Source: Thermoflexales bacterium
Lineage (GTDB): Bacteria > Chloroflexota > Anaerolineae > Fen-1058
Reading direction: 5' to 3'
Assembly: GCA_041740315.1 (NCBI GenBank)
Contig: JBGSMF010000337.1
Location: forward strand, 5,961 to 69,960
DNA: 64,000 nucleotides
Numbering within the stretch: position 1 is the first letter of the stretch; each line of letters opens with the position of its first letter. The notes under the pieces were generated by a model, which worked only from the letters and a program-made list of their open reading frames with translations, searched no databases and was not told the DNA's origin. The translations under genes were made by a program, and so were the position numbers. Below, piece after piece: positions 62,371 to 64,000 of the stretch.

Positions 62371-63408
62371 ATGACACATCCATTGGTAAAGCGAGCAAGG
62401 GAAGAGGGCACGCCTATCATTGAGGGGGAGCAAAGCACTTTTGTGTGGCATGGCAGAGGCCCCGTGAAATTGGCGGGTGATTTTGATGATTGGGATTTGG
62501 AAAGTTCCCCCATGTTGAGCGAGATTGAGCCAAAGCTATGGACGCATACAATGACCTGGCCCCGCGATAGCTATATGGAATATGCTTTTGTGGTGGATGG
62601 CGAGCGCGCACTCGACCCGCTCAACCCGCGCACCATACCAAGTGGCCTCGGGCATATTAACAACTTTTTTTACATGCCAGAGGCTGCCCCCACCCCGCTG
62701 ATCAGACGCCAGCGTGGCGTTCCGCGTGGCTTGGTGAGCCGGCACACGCTTGAGACTGATGGGATTGTGGTGGGCAAAAAACGCGCGGTGTACTTGTATC
62801 AACCGCCTACGTCAGAACCATGTCCATTGGTGGTGGTGTATGACGGCACAGACTATATGCGGCGGGCCAAATTGCCCGATATGGTTGATAATCTGATTGC
62901 GCAAAAGCGCATTCGCCCGGTGGCGCTGGCGATGGTAGCCAATGGCGGCAAAGCGCGGATGATTGAATATGCTTGCAGCGAGATGACGGTGGACTATGTG
63001 GTGATGAACGTGCTGCCCTTGGCATACGAAAGGCTAAACTTGCTCGATCCACAAGACTCGCCGGGCGCTTTTGGTGTGCTGGGCGCTTCGATGGGCGGGC
63101 TGATGGCGCTGTATACCGCCATGCGCGCTCCACAAATCTTTGGGCGCGCGCTCAGCCAATCGGGCGCGTTTATGGTGGAGCACGAGTATGTTGTCTGTGA
63201 CCTTGTGCGACACATGCCGATGCAGCCGATCAAGATATGGATGGATGTGGGACGCTTTGAAATGTTGCTGTCGGCTAACCAGCACATGCGCGATCTGCTG
63301 GTGGGCCGCGACTATGATGTGGCGTACCGCGAGTTTAATGCCGGGCACAATTACCCGGCCTGGCGCAATGATGTGTGGCGCGGGCTTGAAGCGCTGTTTG
63401 GCGTCTAG
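62371..63408 (+). CDS. Esterase-family alpha/beta hydrolase with N-terminal E-set/CBM48-like domain
   Basis: MTHPLVKRAREEGTPIIEGEQSTFVWHGRGPVKLAGDFDDWD..., GASMGGLMALY nucleophile elbow, NAGHNYPAWR. The track start 62323 lies in a G/T-rich micro-repeat. Confidence 0.7.
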   Translation: MTHPLVKRAREEGTPIIEGEQSTFVWHGRGPVKLAGDFDDWDLESSPMLSEIEPKLWTHTMTWPRDSYMEYAFVVDGERALDPLNPRTIPSGLGHINNFFYMPEAAPTPLIRRQRGVPRGLVSRHTLETDGIVVGKKRAVYLYQPPTSEPCPLVVVYDGTDYMRRAKLPDMVDNLIAQKRIRPVALAMVANGGKARMIEYACSEMTVDYVVMNVLPLAYERLNLLDPQDSPGAFGVLGASMGGLMALYTAMRAPQIFGRALSQSGAFMVEHEYVVCDLVRHMPMQPIKIWMDVGRFEMLLSANQHMRDLLVGRDYDVAYREFNAGHNYPAWRNDVWRGLEALFGV

Positions 63409-63506
63409 TTGGCGGACTGGCTTGGGGATGCCAGTCTTCCCCAAGCCAATTGCATGAAAGGATTCATTGAAAAAACCACAGTGGTTTCCCTTTTTTTAGG
63501 AGGGTC

Positions 63507-64000
63507 ATGAAAGACAAACGTTATCTTTGGATTGTTGCCATCGTCGTAATCATACTCGCCGTTGGCGTGGGGCTGGTGATCAAGTTTGCGCTAACCAGAG
63601 ATCAACGCATCATCAAGTACAAGGCGGGCAATGCTTATCTGGCGATAGAAATACTGGATGACGACCTGGCGCATTTTGAGTTTGGCGCAGGAGCCGGGCC
63701 TGATGCCAGCTTGCCACTTTATACCACGCCCATGGTGTGCAAGACCGATTACGCCGGCCCTGCTCGCCTGAGCAACAATGGCCGGGGAGTCTTGGAAACG
63801 GAGGCGCTAAAGTTGACCGTGGAGGCCGGCAGCCTGTGCATTTCCCTGACAGACACAACCAAACAGCCAGCCGTTGCACTGGCCCAGCTATGCCCTCAAG
63901 ATTTAGAGGCCCAGTCGTTCACACTTGCGCCGAATGACATCAGGCATGTCTATGGCCTGGGGGAGCATTTCCCGGCTCCCAACACTGCCAATGGTGATTG
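63507..64000 (+). CDS. Membrane-anchored protein, probably the N-terminus of a second GH31-like glycosidase; truncated by the window edge
   Basis: Absent from the track. ATG 63507 is preceded by AGGAGG. MKDKRYLWIVAIVVIILAVGVGLVI... is open to 64000 and ends ...IRHVYGLGEHFPAPNTANGD (YGLGE is typical of GH31 N-terminal regions). Confidence 0.55.
   Translation, partial: MKDKRYLWIVAIVVIILAVGVGLVIKFALTRDQRIIKYKAGNAYLAIEILDDDLAHFEFGAGAGPDASLPLYTTPMVCKTDYAGPARLSNNGRGVLETEALKLTVEAGSLCISLTDTTKQPAVALAQLCPQDLEAQSFTLAPNDIRHVYGLGEHFPAPNTANGD

Overview
GC-rich bacterial chromosomal window. Gene content, a T-box leader, DUF3048 and Tat lipoproteins and hairpin-type repeats suggest a Chloroflexota-like organism, but the taxon is inference only. 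No rRNA, tRNA or CRISPR array was recognised by eye.

Layout:
- (1) 1-8423, minus strand: glycan-utilisation locus with a GH94 phosphorylase (edge-truncated), a secreted glucoamylase-like/DUF3131 enzyme, a CUT1 ABC importer and a LacI repressor with two matching operators. This is probably a beta-1,2-glucan/sophoro-oligosaccharide system.
- (2) 8.6-20.8 kb: decayed deaminase, GT39-like membrane glycosyltransferase, UvrA paralogue lacking the UvrB-binding domain convergent with uvrC, T-box-controlled serS, a candidate small RNA, a free-standing LAGLIDADG endonuclease with four tandem HTH repeats, and a DUF3048 lipoprotein.
- (3) 20.8-44.4 kb: dense signalling neighbourhood. It holds a conservon-like DUF4388/small GTPase/Roadblock module with an alpha/beta hydrolase and a V4R protein; an acyl-ACP-reductase-like enzyme plus a hexapeptide-repeat protein; REC with a degenerate GGDEF; a LivJ-like binding protein; a 3034-aa histidine kinase with 13 GAF domains; an RsbR(GAF)-RsbS-RsbT-RsbX stressosome-like operon with an extra RsbT/W-like kinase and a CheY-like receiver but no sigma factor; and a nucleophile-less hydrolase paralogue. 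A ~95-nt structured repeat occurs 4 times here.
- (4) 44.5-46.7 kb: HAD hydrolase, a hypothetical protein, holA.
- (5) 46.9-50.1 kb, the most unusual part: a minus-strand operon of three paralogous twin-arginine-signal proteins whose cysteines sit in T-C-Y tripeptides, translationally coupled to a radical SAM/SPASM enzyme with no RRE domain. It is flanked by two copies of a newly recognised MITE family. The family has 3 copies in the window, each with an 8-bp target-site duplication.
- (6) 50.3-52.0 kb: FtsK-like ATPase plus two small proteins.
- (7) 52.1-64.0 kb: LacI-regulated alpha-glucoside locus with a binding protein, two permease pairs (one fused to a GT-C-like domain), GH31 enzymes and an esterase.

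The supplied ORF track misses the two edge-truncated genes. Several listed starts are over-extended into leaders or repeats.
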